Shown one piece after another: positions 25,535-36,008 of a stretch of DNA of 38,285 bases; position 1 is the stretch's first letter, and each line of letters begins with the position of its first letter. The DNA comes from a virus (Duplodnaviria > Heunggongvirae > Uroviricota > Caudoviricetes). Position numbers and translations under genes: made by a program. Below the pieces are notes generated by a model that was not told where the DNA came from, did no database searches, and saw only the letters and a program-made list of their open reading frames with translations. The stretch lies in IMG/VR virus record IMGVR_UViG_2541047777_000012; one strand, given 5' to 3'.

Positions 25535-26608
25535 TTACGCTCCCGGCTCTGCGGTCGCTTTAGCCAGTGTGGAGAAATCACCGACCTTAATTTTTTCCAC
25601 CAGACAACCGGCGGCGTAGTCTTCCACCACGTAATCAATGTTCATTGACTCGTAGTTCTCCACGCGGTCGAGTTTCGGGTTTTCCTCAATCACGCGGCGA
25701 TGGCTGTCATCCATGTAGTAGATGGACAGGTTTTCCAGCTTCGTGATGAGCATCGCATCCGCCGGGAAGTACGGGACGCGTACCGCCGGCAGGTTACCGA
25801 TGCGTTTCTGGCTGATGATGACGTCAGCGGCCAGCATTTCGCTGTTGTCCTGCTCCTTGTTAACGATGGGGAAATACTTGTCCGCCAGTAACTGACGCCC
25901 CACAATCACCACAAGGTCAGGGTCTTCCTGATACCACGGCTCAATCAGGTTGTTGGTCGCATCCATCACCAGTGCATCAAGGCTGGCATAATCACCGCCC
26001 TTACCCACGCGGATGACCTCAGAGGTGGTGTGCCCTTCCTCGTCAGTGACCTTGCTCATCACGCGCGCCGGGGCTTCATTGCGGTATTTCTGCAGCCAGC
26101 CGACCGCCACATCCTGCAGCATCGGATTGCTGCTGCGGTCAGAGGTTTCGGCACGCCTCACGCCGTTAAAACCGGCCATGATTAAATCAAGGGACTGGCG
26201 TTTGATAATGGCGTTACGGACACGGAGCTGGAAATCCTGATAACGCGCCCACAGGTCAAGCGTTTTGTAGCGGATATAAAAATCGAAGTTAATCTGGTCG
26301 CATTCGTACTTGTTGGACGCCAGCTTCGAGAAGTCCTTCGGCTGACGCTCGGTGCCACCGGCGGTGTCGGTGGTGCTGGCGATGGAGCCGGTGACACCGA
26401 TACCAATTTTTTCCCCTTTCATTTCGCTGACCGGCACAATGTTGATGCGGGTCAGAAAGTCAGAGGACTCCTGCATGGTGTTCATCAGGGTCTGGGTGAC
26501 CGACGGTTCAACGGTGAATTTTTTCGACACATCACCGGCGTCGATGCCGTTCAGTTCGGCAACACGGGACAGGTAGGCATTAAATTTAAAGCGGGTTTCC
26601 TGGCGCAT
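25535..26608 (-). CDS. N: major capsid protein gpN
   Basis: 357 aa, as P2 gpN. Confidence 0.9.
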   Translation of the reverse strand: MRQETRFKFNAYLSRVAELNGIDAGDVSKKFTVEPSVTQTLMNTMQESSDFLTRINIVPVSEMKGEKIGIGVTGSIASTTDTAGGTERQPKDFSKLASNKYECDQINFDFYIRYKTLDLWARYQDFQLRVRNAIIKRQSLDLIMAGFNGVRRAETSDRSSNPMLQDVAVGWLQKYRNEAPARVMSKVTDEEGHTTSEVIRVGKGGDYASLDALVMDATNNLIEPWYQEDPDLVVIVGRQLLADKYFPIVNKEQDNSEMLAADVIISQKRIGNLPAVRVPYFPADAMLITKLENLSIYYMDDSHRRVIEENPKLDRVENYESMNIDYVVEDYAAGCLVEKIKVGDFSTLAKATAEPGA

Positions 26609-26666
26609 AGTTTTTCCTGAAATTAATGGTTAATCGTGAAGGTTTTCCCGGACTGACTGACGCCGG

Positions 26667-27521
26667 TCAGCAGTTCGTCATCAGGGCGTCACCGCCACCA
26701 CCGGTGGCCTTGCTGCGGCGCTGCTGGGTCAGACTTTCGGTGTGGTCGAGACTGTTTTTCAGGCGGGTGAATGCCTGGCTGGTTTCATCCGCCCTGTCAG
26801 TCACCTCCTGCTTAAGTGCGGAAAAGGCGGTTTCCATCTCAGCGAGGCGCTGCTCAGTGGCGCTCAGTTTTTCCTGCACATGTTCAGCAACAGCGGCCAC
26901 CGCTTCATGCACGTCATTCAGACGGGCATCATCGCTGGCCTGTTTGCGGCCAAAAATGAACTTCACCTTTTCGGTCAGGGCGGTGAACACGGTTTCAGGC
27001 AGGTCTTCGAATTCCAGCTCAACAGGCGTTGCCACTGAAATCAGGTTTTCAGGGCTTAATTTGAAGCGGTTCAGGGGGTTGTGTTTTGCCGTGCGGCAGA
27101 ATTCCAGGTATTCCGTACCGAGGCTTGCCGGGTCATCGGTGACGGCCAGCCCCACCAGATAACATTTGCCGGTATTGGCAAAGTTCGGCTGAATTTCCAT
27201 TGAGGTGTAGACCTTCTGCGCGGCCTTGTTCATCGCGATAAGGTCATCGGTCGGGGTGATTTTCGCAAACAGCGCCCATTTGCCTTTCAGCGCCGAATCA
27301 TCGTCAATCTTTTCGGCCTTCAGTTCGGCCACATCGCCATAACGTTTAAAAATACCGTCAGGCAGGATGCCGCGCAGATGTTCCAGGTTAATGCGGCAAC
27401 CATAGACACGCGGGTCAAAGGTTTCCGCCATTTCCTGAATATCCTGCGCACTGATGACACGCCCGTCACAGGTGTCACCCTCAACGCCGATACGAAAGAA
27501 TTTTGAGACTTTTTTTGCCAT
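26667..27521 (-). CDS. O: capsid scaffolding protein gpO
   Basis: 284 aa from the internal start MAKKVSKFFRIGVEGDTCDG..., P2 gpO length. Confidence 0.85.
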   Translation of the reverse strand: MAKKVSKFFRIGVEGDTCDGRVISAQDIQEMAETFDPRVYGCRINLEHLRGILPDGIFKRYGDVAELKAEKIDDDSALKGKWALFAKITPTDDLIAMNKAAQKVYTSMEIQPNFANTGKCYLVGLAVTDDPASLGTEYLEFCRTAKHNPLNRFKLSPENLISVATPVELEFEDLPETVFTALTEKVKFIFGRKQASDDARLNDVHEAVAAVAEHVQEKLSATEQRLAEMETAFSALKQEVTDRADETSQAFTRLKNSLDHTESLTQQRRSKATGGGGDALMTNC

Positions 27522-27694
27522 TGTCAGGAGTCCTGAATAGTGATTAGAAGAGTCACATGTCGGCATCAGTTTCCCGACGATGCGCATCCTCCGCCATCAG
27601 TCCCGGATGGCTTATCACTGACACAACAGCACCTTAGCGAATCGCGGGGCGCGACTCAGTAGCCTTGCCGTGTATTCATCACGGCGAGGTATTC

Positions 27695-29467
27695 ATGACC
27701 ATCACCACAGACACCACTCTTTTACACGACCCGCGTCGTCAGGCGGCGCTGCTGTACTGGCAGGGGTTTTCCGTGCCGCAGATTGCCGCCATGTTGCAGA
27801 TGAAACGCCCGACGGTGCAGAGCTGGAAACAGCGCGACGGCTGGGACAGCGTTGCCCCCATCAGCCGTGTCGAAATGAGTCTGGAAGCGCGGCTGACCCA
27901 GCTCATCATCAAACCGCAGAAAACCGGCGGTGACTTCAAGGAAATTGACCTGCTCGGACGCCAGATTGAACGACTGGCACGGGTCAACCGTTACAGTCAG
28001 ACCGGCAACGAGGCAGACCTTAATCCGAACGTTGCTAACCGCAACAAAGGCGGGCGTCGCAAACCGAAAAAGAATTTTTTCAGTGACGAAGCCATCGAAA
28101 AGCTGGAGCAGATTTTCTTTGAGCAGTCTTTCGACTATCAGTTGCACTGGTATCGTGCCGGGCTTGAGCACCGCATCCGCGATATCCTGAAATCCCGCCA
28201 GATTGGCGCGACGTTTTATTTTTCCCGCGAGGCGCTGCTGCGCGCCCTGAAAACCGGCCATAACCAGATTTTTCTGTCGGCCAGTAAAACGCAGGCGTAT
28301 GTGTTCCGCGAATACATCATCGCCTTTGCCCGTCTGGTTGACGTTGACCTGACCGGTGACCCGATTGTCCTGGGCAATAACGGCGCAAAACTGATTTTTC
28401 TCGGCACCAACTCCAACACCGCGCAGAGCCATAACGGCGACCTGTACGTCGACGAGATTTTCTGGATCCCGAATTTTCAGGTACTGCGTAAGGTGGCATC
28501 AGGTATGGCCTCACAGAGTCACCTGCGCTCGACCTATTTCTCCACCCCGTCCACGCTGGCGCACGACGCCTACCCGTTCTGGTCGGGTGAACTGTTTAAC
28601 CGGGGACGCGCCAGCGCCGCCGAACGCGTGGAAATCGACGTCAGTCATAACGCCCTTGCCGGAGGTCTTCTCTGTGCGGACGGCCAGTGGCGGCAGATTG
28701 TCACCATTGAGGACGCCCTGAAAGGTGGTTGCACGCTGTTCGACATTGAGCAGCTCAAACGTGAAAACAGCGCCGACGATTTTAAAAACCTGTTCATGTG
28801 TGAATTTGTTGACGACAAGGCGTCGGTGTTCCCATTCGAGGAGCTGCAACGCTGCATGGTCGACACGCTGGAAGAATGGGAAGACTATGCGCCGTTTGCC
28901 GCAAATCCGTTCGGCTCCCGCCCGGTCTGGATTGGTTACGACCCCTCACACCGTGGCGACAGCGCCGGATGCGTGGTACTGGCACCGCCGGTGGTGGCCG
29001 GTGGCAAATTCAGAATACTTGAGCGCCACCAGTGGAAAGGCATGGACTTTGCCACCCAGGCGGAATCCATCCGCAAACTCACCGAAAAATACAACGTCGA
29101 ATACATCGGTATTGATGCCACCGGCCTTGGTGTCGGCGTGTTCCAGCTCGTGCGCTCGTTCTATCCCGCCGCGCGCGACATCCGCTACACGCCGGAAATG
29201 AAAACCGCAATGGTGCTCAAGGCAAAAGACGTCATCCGCCGTGGCTGTCTGGAATATGACGTCAGCGCCACCGACATCACCAGCTCGTTTATGGCTATCC
29301 GCAAGACCATGACCAGCAGCGGACGCAGTGCCACCTATGAGGCCAGCCGCAGCGAGGAAGCCAGCCACGCCGACCTCGCCTGGGCGACCATGCACGCCCT
29401 GTTAAATGAGCCACTCACCGCCGGTATCAGCACCCCGCTGACATCCACCATTCTGGAGTTTTACTGA
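27695..29467 (+). CDS. P: terminase large subunit (ATPase) gpP
   Basis: 590 aa from MTITTDTTLLHDPRRQAALLYWQG..., divergent from O as in P2. Confidence 0.9.
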   Translation: MTITTDTTLLHDPRRQAALLYWQGFSVPQIAAMLQMKRPTVQSWKQRDGWDSVAPISRVEMSLEARLTQLIIKPQKTGGDFKEIDLLGRQIERLARVNRYSQTGNEADLNPNVANRNKGGRRKPKKNFFSDEAIEKLEQIFFEQSFDYQLHWYRAGLEHRIRDILKSRQIGATFYFSREALLRALKTGHNQIFLSASKTQAYVFREYIIAFARLVDVDLTGDPIVLGNNGAKLIFLGTNSNTAQSHNGDLYVDEIFWIPNFQVLRKVASGMASQSHLRSTYFSTPSTLAHDAYPFWSGELFNRGRASAAERVEIDVSHNALAGGLLCADGQWRQIVTIEDALKGGCTLFDIEQLKRENSADDFKNLFMCEFVDDKASVFPFEELQRCMVDTLEEWEDYAPFAANPFGSRPVWIGYDPSHRGDSAGCVVLAPPVVAGGKFRILERHQWKGMDFATQAESIRKLTEKYNVEYIGIDATGLGVGVFQLVRSFYPAARDIRYTPEMKTAMVLKAKDVIRRGCLEYDVSATDITSSFMAIRKTMTSSGRSATYEASRSEEASHADLAWATMHALLNEPLTAGISTPLTSTILEFY

Positions 29468-30501
29468 TGAGCAAGAAAAAAGGGAAAACACCGCAACCTG
29501 CGGCAAAAACAATCACCGCCAGCGCCCCGAAAATGGAGGCATTCACCTTTGGTGAGCCGGTGCCGGTACTCGACCGCCGTGACATTCTGGATTATGTCGA
29601 GTGCATCAGTAACGGCAGATGGTATGAGCCGCCGGTCAGCTTTACCGGTCTGGCAAAAAGCCTGCGTGCTGCCGTGCATCACAGTTCACCGATTTACGTC
29701 AAACGTAATATTCTGGCTTCAACGTTTATCCCGCACCCGTGGCTGTCCCAGCAGGATTTCAGCCGCTTTGTGCTGGATTTTCTGGTGTTCGGTAATGCGT
29801 TTCTGGAAAAGCGTTACAGCACCACCGGTAAGGTCATCAGACTGGAAACCTCACCAGCAAAATATACCCGTCGTGGCGTGGAAGAGGATGTTTACTGGTG
29901 GGTGCCGTCCTTCAACGAGCCGACAGCCTTCGCGCCCGGCTCCGTGTTTCACCTGCTGGAGCCGGATATTAATCAGGAGCTGTACGGCCTGCCGGAATAT
30001 CTCAGCGCCCTTAACTCTGCCTGGCTGAATGAGTCGGCCACGCTGTTCCGCCGCAAGTATTACGAAAATGGCGCACATGCCGGATACATCATGTACGTCA
30101 CCGATGCCGTGCAGGATCGCAACGATATCGAAATGCTTCGCGAAAACATGGTCAAGTCGAAAGGCCGCAACAACTTTAAAAACCTGTTTCTCTATGCCCC
30201 ACAGGGGAAAGCCGACGGCATTAAAATTATCCCCCTCAGTGAAGTGGCGACGAAGGACGATTTTTTTAATATCAAAAAAGCCAGCGCCGCTGACCTGCTG
30301 GACGCGCACCGCATCCCCTTTCAGTTGATGGGTGGCAAGCCGGAGAACGTCGGGTCGCTGGGTGATATTGAGAAAGTGGCAAAGGTCTTTGTCCGCAATG
30401 AGCTTATCCCGTTACAGGACAGGATCCGCGAGATAAACGGCTGGCTCGGTCAGGAGGTCATCCGCTTTAAAAACTACTCACTGGACACTGACAACGACTG
30501 A
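29467..30501 (+). CDS. Q: portal protein gpQ
   Basis: 344 aa, as P2 gpQ; start overlaps the P stop. Confidence 0.9.
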   Translation: MSKKKGKTPQPAAKTITASAPKMEAFTFGEPVPVLDRRDILDYVECISNGRWYEPPVSFTGLAKSLRAAVHHSSPIYVKRNILASTFIPHPWLSQQDFSRFVLDFLVFGNAFLEKRYSTTGKVIRLETSPAKYTRRGVEEDVYWWVPSFNEPTAFAPGSVFHLLEPDINQELYGLPEYLSALNSAWLNESATLFRRKYYENGAHAGYIMYVTDAVQDRNDIEMLRENMVKSKGRNNFKNLFLYAPQGKADGIKIIPLSEVATKDDFFNIKKASAADLLDAHRIPFQLMGGKPENVGSLGDIEKVAKVFVRNELIPLQDRIREINGWLGQEVIRFKNYSLDTDND

Positions 30502-30504
30502 ACA

Positions 30505-30529
30505 TCGCCGCCTGCGGGCGGCTTTTTTA
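30505..30529 (+). terminator. rho-independent terminator after Q
   Basis: Stem gccgcc-tgcg-ggcggc followed by TTTTTT, directly after the Q stop. Confidence 0.7.
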
Positions 30530-30668
30530 CACCCCGTCATCCCCCCTCACACGCTCACCACCGCACAAAACACCCCGCAGACACACAACGCCTCAACGGG
30601 CAGACTAAGCGCCGTCACGACGCGCTGAGACGCTGAAAAAATACAATCAGCACCACCGTCAGCGCGCA

Positions 30669-30687
30669 GTGCTTTCCCCGCCTCGCC
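30669..30687. other. cos site (19-nt cohesive end sequence)
   Basis: gtgctttccccgcctcgcc is the reverse complement of the P2 cohesive end GGCGAGGCGGGGAAAGCAC as I remember it. Confidence 0.8.
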
Positions 30688-31261
30688 CGCCCGCTTCATG
30701 TGGCGGTTTTAATGCAGTTGCATAGATACTATGGATCCGCACCAGCTCTGACCGCAAGCAGCCGGAACGGGCATCCCCGACGCATGCAAAAACATTCACT
30801 TGTTGCATGCACGGCTTATTTAATGACAAATCAACTTAAGCGTCACCGCAGCTCCCACAAAAAAAAAACGTAACACCATGATTTTAGTGATATTTATGAC
30901 TTTTTTAATTGCTTATTTAAGTCCACCATATTGAAACCGTGCATTTTTTAGCCGCCAATAACTTTAAAAAATTTACATTGCTTTCAATACCTTATCATCC
31001 GTAGTCTCTGCTTTTTACTTTGAGCTATATCAAAAAAAGCTCAAACATCCTTGATGCAAAACCAGGATTACACAACATAAAATGCAACCAGAAACAACGA
31101 CATACTATATGTTGTGTTGTTCAGGCTCTCTGTTCGGTGATATGCCAGATCACTTTGCGTTTAAACAGAGCATTATTTCAGGGCAAGACTTCGCTAAATA
31201 GTAACTCCGCCTTAGAAGCGCATATATCGGCGGAAATTGCCCTCTGCTTACAGGAGGAGAT

Positions 31262-31375
31262 ATGAAGAAGTGCTATTACTGCATTCTCGTTCTGGCCCTC
31301 TTTGGCTATCCATATGGTAGTCCAAGTGGTTTGTCAGTAAACGTCAGTAATATCCATGTAAGTATTATTCTTTAG
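31262..31375 (+). CDS. small hydrophobic peptide (37 aa) in the tin/old cargo position
   Basis: Strong SD (caggaggagatATG); translation MKKCYYCILVLALFGYPYGSPSGLSVNVSNIHVSIIL; followed by a terminator at 31386..31419. Confidence 0.45.
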   Translation: MKKCYYCILVLALFGYPYGSPSGLSVNVSNIHVSIIL

Positions 31376-31385
31376 TATGCTTCAA

Positions 31386-31419
31386 ACAAAAAAACCACCT
31401 GCCAGGGTGGTTTTTTTGC
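31386..31419. terminator. bidirectional rho-independent terminator (A-run, hairpin, T-run)
   Basis: aaaaaaaccacc-tgccagg-gtggttttttt; likely ends both the small-ORF transcript and the early operon after A. Confidence 0.7.
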
Positions 31420-31677
31420 GCCTGTCATCATTCCGATGAAAGACTAGCAAGACTTCGCTCGAGATGAATTATGCTTCGACAAAAGGTCACTCGCAATGGT
31501 TTTATTAGCCGAAATAGATGCTCTTTTATGACTCGAATCAAATAGCTGCTTTAAATTACATGCTAGCGATTCAATACAATTTAGCCTTCTACTTCAGCAT
31601 GCTATTGCTCCTCATCTGCCTTAGAGGCGCTTCGCATAATCCATTCAAAGGCATATAAAATCACGCTGCATTTTTAC

Positions 31678-33954
31678 TCAAATGGGTAACAAAAATCCAG
31701 GCCACTCATCAGCGACCTGATAATTGAAAGATTTCCCGTAATAATTTACGGTCGCGCCACGCGCCAGCGCCTCAAGCTCCCATCGCTGCGGCCTGATACC
31801 GTTCTGAGCAAGGTCAACGCGGATACGGGTAATTTGCATACGCTCCGACCGGGTCAGCCTGGCCGATGGCGCTATTTCATTCGGTTTTAACGGGCTTCCG
31901 TTTCTTTGCTGACGGTTTGGTGTTCTCAGGCCGTGTTTTAATGCGCCCCTGAGCGCCCTCACGACCTCCGGGTCATTCCATTCGATAACACCGTCATCAA
32001 CCAGATTAAGCACGGCTGCGGCGTGCTCAGAAGGTGTGGGAGCCGGTAACGAAGTATCACCACCGGTGAGCTTTCCACAGTTATTGACAGGACTCCGAGG
32101 CGCGGCGATGCCGCTTTTTAAAGTCAAAGGCTCAACGACCGGCTCTTTCGGCACAATGCGCCAGTCCGTGGTTCTGGTGATATGAATATGACGCGCGCCG
32201 AGATGCGGTGCGTAAATGCCGACCACTCTCTCGACTTCTTCCTCGTACTCGTTAACGTCATCCGACGGGCTACGGGCAACCCTGACAGTCTGACAATCGC
32301 GCGGGACATTTGCCCCACCCTGCGCGCTGATATACAACGCAAAATCACCACTGTCTGCGGCGGCGCGTGCAGCCTCGACGCGTTCGTCAAACTCATCAGC
32401 AATGCTGACGCCGCGAGGCAGTTTGCGTAGTTCACGGTAAGCCCCCATTGTCGGCAGGCCAACCGTTTTAAATTGTGGGATACGCCACGTTGACGCCCAT
32501 GCGGTAACAGCCGCAGCAGTGTCTTTCAGCGGTCTGCCGGTATCGTTATCGAGCTGACCATCCAGTGCATAGCCATCGATGTTTTTTGAGATGTATTTCG
32601 CGATATATCCCGCAGCACCGCCCCGGTTAAGGTGTTTTGCCTGAAAACGGTTTCGCGCGGCTCCTCTTTCGTCGCCATCCTCTTTGAGCGCATAACGACG
32701 CATGATTTCAATAATCTGGTTACGCTGGCGTGGATTACAAAAAAGCATCATATGCCAGTGCGGCGTTCCGTCGTGGTGTGGCTCGACGACACGCAAACCG
32801 TAGACCTGTAAATCATTATCCTTGAATGCCGTGCGCATCAGGCTCCAGATGCGGCAGAGATAACGCTGCGCATCCTTTGGATTAAATGCCTCATCGTTCC
32901 AGCCGTGATTAAGCTGAACGGTTTTACTTTCGCCTTTTCTGACCTGACGTGTCGGGTGATACTTTGACGGCGCGGTCAGCGTGATAAACATCCCCACATC
33001 ACCCTCTGCGGCGGCGTAACGCTCAATACCGGCAATGGTGTTCATCAGCTCCATCCGGCGAATTTCAGGATTAGAAATACTGCCCATCACCTTACTGATA
33101 AGGTCGATGCGCTCGCCGGTTTCCCTGTTTTCAAGGTCACACGATTTAAGAAATTCCAGATTTGCCTGGCGGCGCGCACGCACATCACGAATGGCATGTT
33201 TACTGGCATAAGGAGAACGGTCTTTATTGACCTCCCCGACAGCAATCAGTAACGCCTCATGCCAGCGCATACGCTGGCCTTTAAGCTGATGAGTCCACCA
33301 CTCATCGTTAAACAGGCGGGCAATGGCAGAATATGCCTGCCTCGTGGTCATCTGCCCTTTACGGTATTTTTTCCAGTAAAGCGGGGAAATATTGAAAGCA
33401 CGTGCAGCGCCAGCAACATGACCATAGAGGTGAGCCTGCGCCTCATCCGTAAACAGCGATTCTTTTTCGCCATGTGCATCAACCCAGGCATCGCAGAGTT
33501 CCTCATACATCATGAAAAGCTGCGATGAGATACGGGCAGCAAACTTTTTCAGCTCCTTGTCATTCATCCCCGGCAGGCGCGCATACTGGTCGCGCTCTGC
33601 CAGAAACAGCAACGACGCGTCGGTGTTCATTTCATGGCGCTGATTCACATGCTCAATGCGCGGCCATAAACGACGCTGAAAAGTGGATGTGAGGAAATAA
33701 AACCCGTGCACCGGGCTTTTATTGCGCCGGATGTAGTCATAGCGTGAAGTAAACAGCGAGCGCAAAAAGTAAGGCAGACGGTTAATCGTGGATAAAACCC
33801 CTTGCACCTGACGCATCTCGTCACGTGTAAGGGGTCTTTCGCGCCCGACAGCCTCGCGTGGCGCGTTCCATGCATAAGCACCGGTAAACGCCTTACCGGT
33901 GCCTGCGGCAAATGCTGACGGAGGGACAAAACGCCCGGAGGCTTTAACGGCCAT
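31678..33954 (-). CDS. A: replication initiation protein gpA (rolling-circle nickase)
   Basis: About 758 aa from the ATG (MAVKASGRFVPPSAFAAGTGK...); the longer ORF to 33996 begins with TTG. P2 gpA-like throughout. Confidence 0.9.
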   Translation of the reverse strand: MAVKASGRFVPPSAFAAGTGKAFTGAYAWNAPREAVGRERPLTRDEMRQVQGVLSTINRLPYFLRSLFTSRYDYIRRNKSPVHGFYFLTSTFQRRLWPRIEHVNQRHEMNTDASLLFLAERDQYARLPGMNDKELKKFAARISSQLFMMYEELCDAWVDAHGEKESLFTDEAQAHLYGHVAGAARAFNISPLYWKKYRKGQMTTRQAYSAIARLFNDEWWTHQLKGQRMRWHEALLIAVGEVNKDRSPYASKHAIRDVRARRQANLEFLKSCDLENRETGERIDLISKVMGSISNPEIRRMELMNTIAGIERYAAAEGDVGMFITLTAPSKYHPTRQVRKGESKTVQLNHGWNDEAFNPKDAQRYLCRIWSLMRTAFKDNDLQVYGLRVVEPHHDGTPHWHMMLFCNPRQRNQIIEIMRRYALKEDGDERGAARNRFQAKHLNRGGAAGYIAKYISKNIDGYALDGQLDNDTGRPLKDTAAAVTAWASTWRIPQFKTVGLPTMGAYRELRKLPRGVSIADEFDERVEAARAAADSGDFALYISAQGGANVPRDCQTVRVARSPSDDVNEYEEEVERVVGIYAPHLGARHIHITRTTDWRIVPKEPVVEPLTLKSGIAAPRSPVNNCGKLTGGDTSLPAPTPSEHAAAVLNLVDDGVIEWNDPEVVRALRGALKHGLRTPNRQQRNGSPLKPNEIAPSARLTRSERMQITRIRVDLAQNGIRPQRWELEALARGATVNYYGKSFNYQVADEWPGFLLPI

Positions 33955-34219
33955 ATGAGCCAAAAGCCTCTGAACAACGCCTGCTGAGTTGCTCAACCTG
34001 CGCGTTTAAATCAGCAAAAGACTTTGCGCTTCCGGTCAGAATATCGTGATGTATCAGGCCTGAAACGAGCTGGCTTAATTTCGGGTAATAACCAACCACC
34101 GCCAGCCATTCCTGACCGGCGTTTTTACCGCTTTCCGCTCTCTTTTTCTCGTGGAGAATAAACTGAAAGCTGTCACTGGTAACGACATAACGTTCGCCAA
34201 TTTCAATACGAATACTCAT
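33944..34219 (-). CDS. hypothetical protein (P2 orf83 position)
   Basis: 91-aa ORF between the zinc-finger orf and A, as in the P2 early region. Confidence 0.6.
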   Translation of the reverse strand: MSIRIEIGERYVVTSDSFQFILHEKKRAESGKNAGQEWLAVVGYYPKLSQLVSGLIHHDILTGSAKSFADLNAQVEQLSRRCSEAFGSYGR

Positions 34220-34440
34220 GCCGTTCTCCGGTAATGTTTGTTTTTTGCTTCAAAGACTGACTGACAGGAAACACAACGCGTGGCTGACGGGTAAGCCGCA
34301 CGACGGGCAGCAGGTATTGGCGCGTCACACTCTTCGCAAACCAGCGCAGAAGCACCGCAATGTTTTACCCTTGCCGCGTTAATCTGGCGCTCCAGTAATT
34401 CAGCCTGTTGTTCCTGAACAAAATCTACGTTGTCCGGCAT
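34216..34440 (-). CDS. DksA/TraR-type C4 zinc finger protein (P2 orf82-like)
   Basis: 74 aa with CGASALVCEECDAPIP...CVSCQ, a four-Cys zinc finger typical of the TraR/DksA family. Confidence 0.75.
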   Translation of the reverse strand: MPDNVDFVQEQQAELLERQINAARVKHCGASALVCEECDAPIPAARRAAYPSATRCVSCQSVFEAKNKHYRRTA

Positions 34441-34745
34441 TACCAGTTCCTTTTGTCGTTCAGTTTTTTAAATTCATCAGCGCAATAGCTGGCGATTTCT
34501 GTCGTTAATTTCGTCAGTTCATCCACGGAGGAAATTTGCTTGTGAAATACAGCTCGTTTAACAAGTAAATTGACCACATCAGACAGGAGGTTTAATTCAT
34601 TCTGATAAATCGCGATAACAGATTCAGTGATGTCGCGTTTTTCTTTATCAAGACAAAGTTGAATAAGAGACAAATCGCCATTTTTCATAACGGCGATTTT
34701 TAAGGCGTTATTCAGTAATACAACTGAATGAGAACAGGACATCAA
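34440..34745 (-). CDS. hypothetical protein (P2 orf81 position)
   Basis: 101-aa ORF in the early operon, translationally coupled to its neighbours. Confidence 0.6.
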   Translation of the reverse strand: MMSCSHSVVLLNNALKIAVMKNGDLSLIQLCLDKEKRDITESVIAIYQNELNLLSDVVNLLVKRAVFHKQISSVDELTKLTTEIASYCADEFKKLNDKRNW

Positions 34746-34966
34746 AGCACCTCCCCGCGAGACAATCCGATATTGTGAAATTTTTCCGACTCCTGACTGA
34801 GCAGCTCGACTATCTCCACGCGGGATAACTCCGCCTTTGTGATGTGGCGAATCATGGTGTCAAGATGAGAAGAAAAGCGCGTCGCAGCGTCAGCCTGTGC
34901 TTCGGTTCTGGCCTGTTGCAGCAGTAATGCGTATTTACCGCACTGATTTTCAGAAACTGTATGCAT
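34742..34966 (-). CDS. hypothetical protein (P2 orf80 position)
   Basis: 74-aa ORF downstream of B. Confidence 0.6.
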   Translation of the reverse strand: MHTVSENQCGKYALLLQQARTEAQADAATRFSSHLDTMIRHITKAELSRVEIVELLSQESEKFHNIGLSRGEVL

Positions 34967-35029
34967 GACTTTCTCCAGGCAAAAAGAAGCCCCGCACGAT
35001 TAAGTGCGTTAAAAACTCTGGTTAATTAT

Positions 35030-35530
35030 TTAATGCAGATATTGCTCTGGTTTTACCGACGTCAGAATTGTCGGTGCATACTCAAACAGGCTGAATAATT
35101 CACGTAATGCACGGAATAAAGCATCACGCCAGTAACATGATTCTTCATTAATTCGCCAGTATGGCTGGTTGAATTCTTTTTCAGTCAATCCGGCATGCAT
35201 AAATAAAGTACGACGCTGACTGACTGTTAAAAAACTAATATATGCATACTCACTTGCGCCAACCTGACGGCGTTTTGAGAATGCCCCACGCAATTCATCA
35301 ATTGCACAAACCAGCCGTTCACGTTCGACGTCGTTCATTTCTTCAAAACGCATCGTTGCGTGACGCTGTTTTAACTGCGCATGGAAGCAAACCGTTAACC
35401 GTTCGCGCTCCATCATCTGATTATAATAATCACATGTATCCTGCCAGCGAGGAACGGCAAGATGCTTACCAATTATCCGGCGCATAGCTGCTGGCTGTTT
35501 TTCAACGAGATTGAGCGTCATCACTGTCAT
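35030..35530 (-). CDS. B: replication protein gpB
   Basis: 166 aa, P2 gpB length and position. Confidence 0.85.
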   Translation of the reverse strand: MTVMTLNLVEKQPAAMRRIIGKHLAVPRWQDTCDYYNQMMERERLTVCFHAQLKQRHATMRFEEMNDVERERLVCAIDELRGAFSKRRQVGASEYAYISFLTVSQRRTLFMHAGLTEKEFNQPYWRINEESCYWRDALFRALRELFSLFEYAPTILTSVKPEQYLH

Positions 35531-35697
35531 TTCCAGACCCTCCGGCTTTTCAGAAAGGTCAGAGCCTTTTTTAACGGACTCTGTTTTTTGGTGCGGATAA
35601 TGATTCCCTTACGCCCCTTACCGTGGGTGATGGTGAAGTCAATCGCCCTGGGGCTTTCGTTACGCAATAACTGAGCAATACAACGAGGCTCATTCAT
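35527..35697 (-). CDS. small hypothetical protein (P2 orf78 position)
   Basis: 56 aa from MNEPRCIAQLL...; lies between cox and B. Confidence 0.6.
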   Translation of the reverse strand: MNEPRCIAQLLRNESPRAIDFTITHGKGRKGIIIRTKKQSPLKKALTFLKSRRVWK

Positions 35698-35707
35698 ACG
35701 GTTCTCC

Positions 35708-35983
35708 TTAACGTGGTTCACCGAGACCTAACCACATCAACCAGCCGTCACGAATCTCTTTAGGACGGCTTTCATAAGCCAGTTTTAGTCCGTTATTCCA
35801 TGCCGGAAGGTATACCCAATATTCACCAGCACGCCCCGATACTGACTGAGGGTCAGTAATCTCAATAACTGGTAATTTCCCTTTCTCAATCATGCCCCTT
35901 ACAGCTCTTGGAGTTTTACCAATGAGTTTTGCAAACTCCTGATAAGGCACGGCATCAGTCACGCTTACAAGCTGTCTATTCAT
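35708..35983 (-). CDS. cox: Cox (excision directionality factor and repressor of Pc)
   Basis: 91 aa; C-terminal part ...GRAGEYWVYLPAWNNGLKLAYESRPKEIRDGWLMWLGLGEPR matches P2 Cox as I remember it. Confidence 0.9.
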   Translation of the reverse strand: MNRQLVSVTDAVPYQEFAKLIGKTPRAVRGMIEKGKLPVIEITDPQSVSGRAGEYWVYLPAWNNGLKLAYESRPKEIRDGWLMWLGLGEPR

Positions 35984-36008
35984 CTGCTACGATTCTCCCT
36001 TAGTGCTT

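Noticed and set aside
31020-31265. 81-aa plus-strand ORF in the tin/old slot
   Set aside because: It starts with TTG, has no RBS, and has a low-complexity translation; the downstream 37-codon ORF with a strong SD is the more credible coding unit.
30502-31677. Search for old (OLD-family nuclease) and tin homologs in the cos-proximal slot
   Set aside because: No ORF longer than 81 codons exists on either strand in this interval, so old and tin are absent, not merely diverged.
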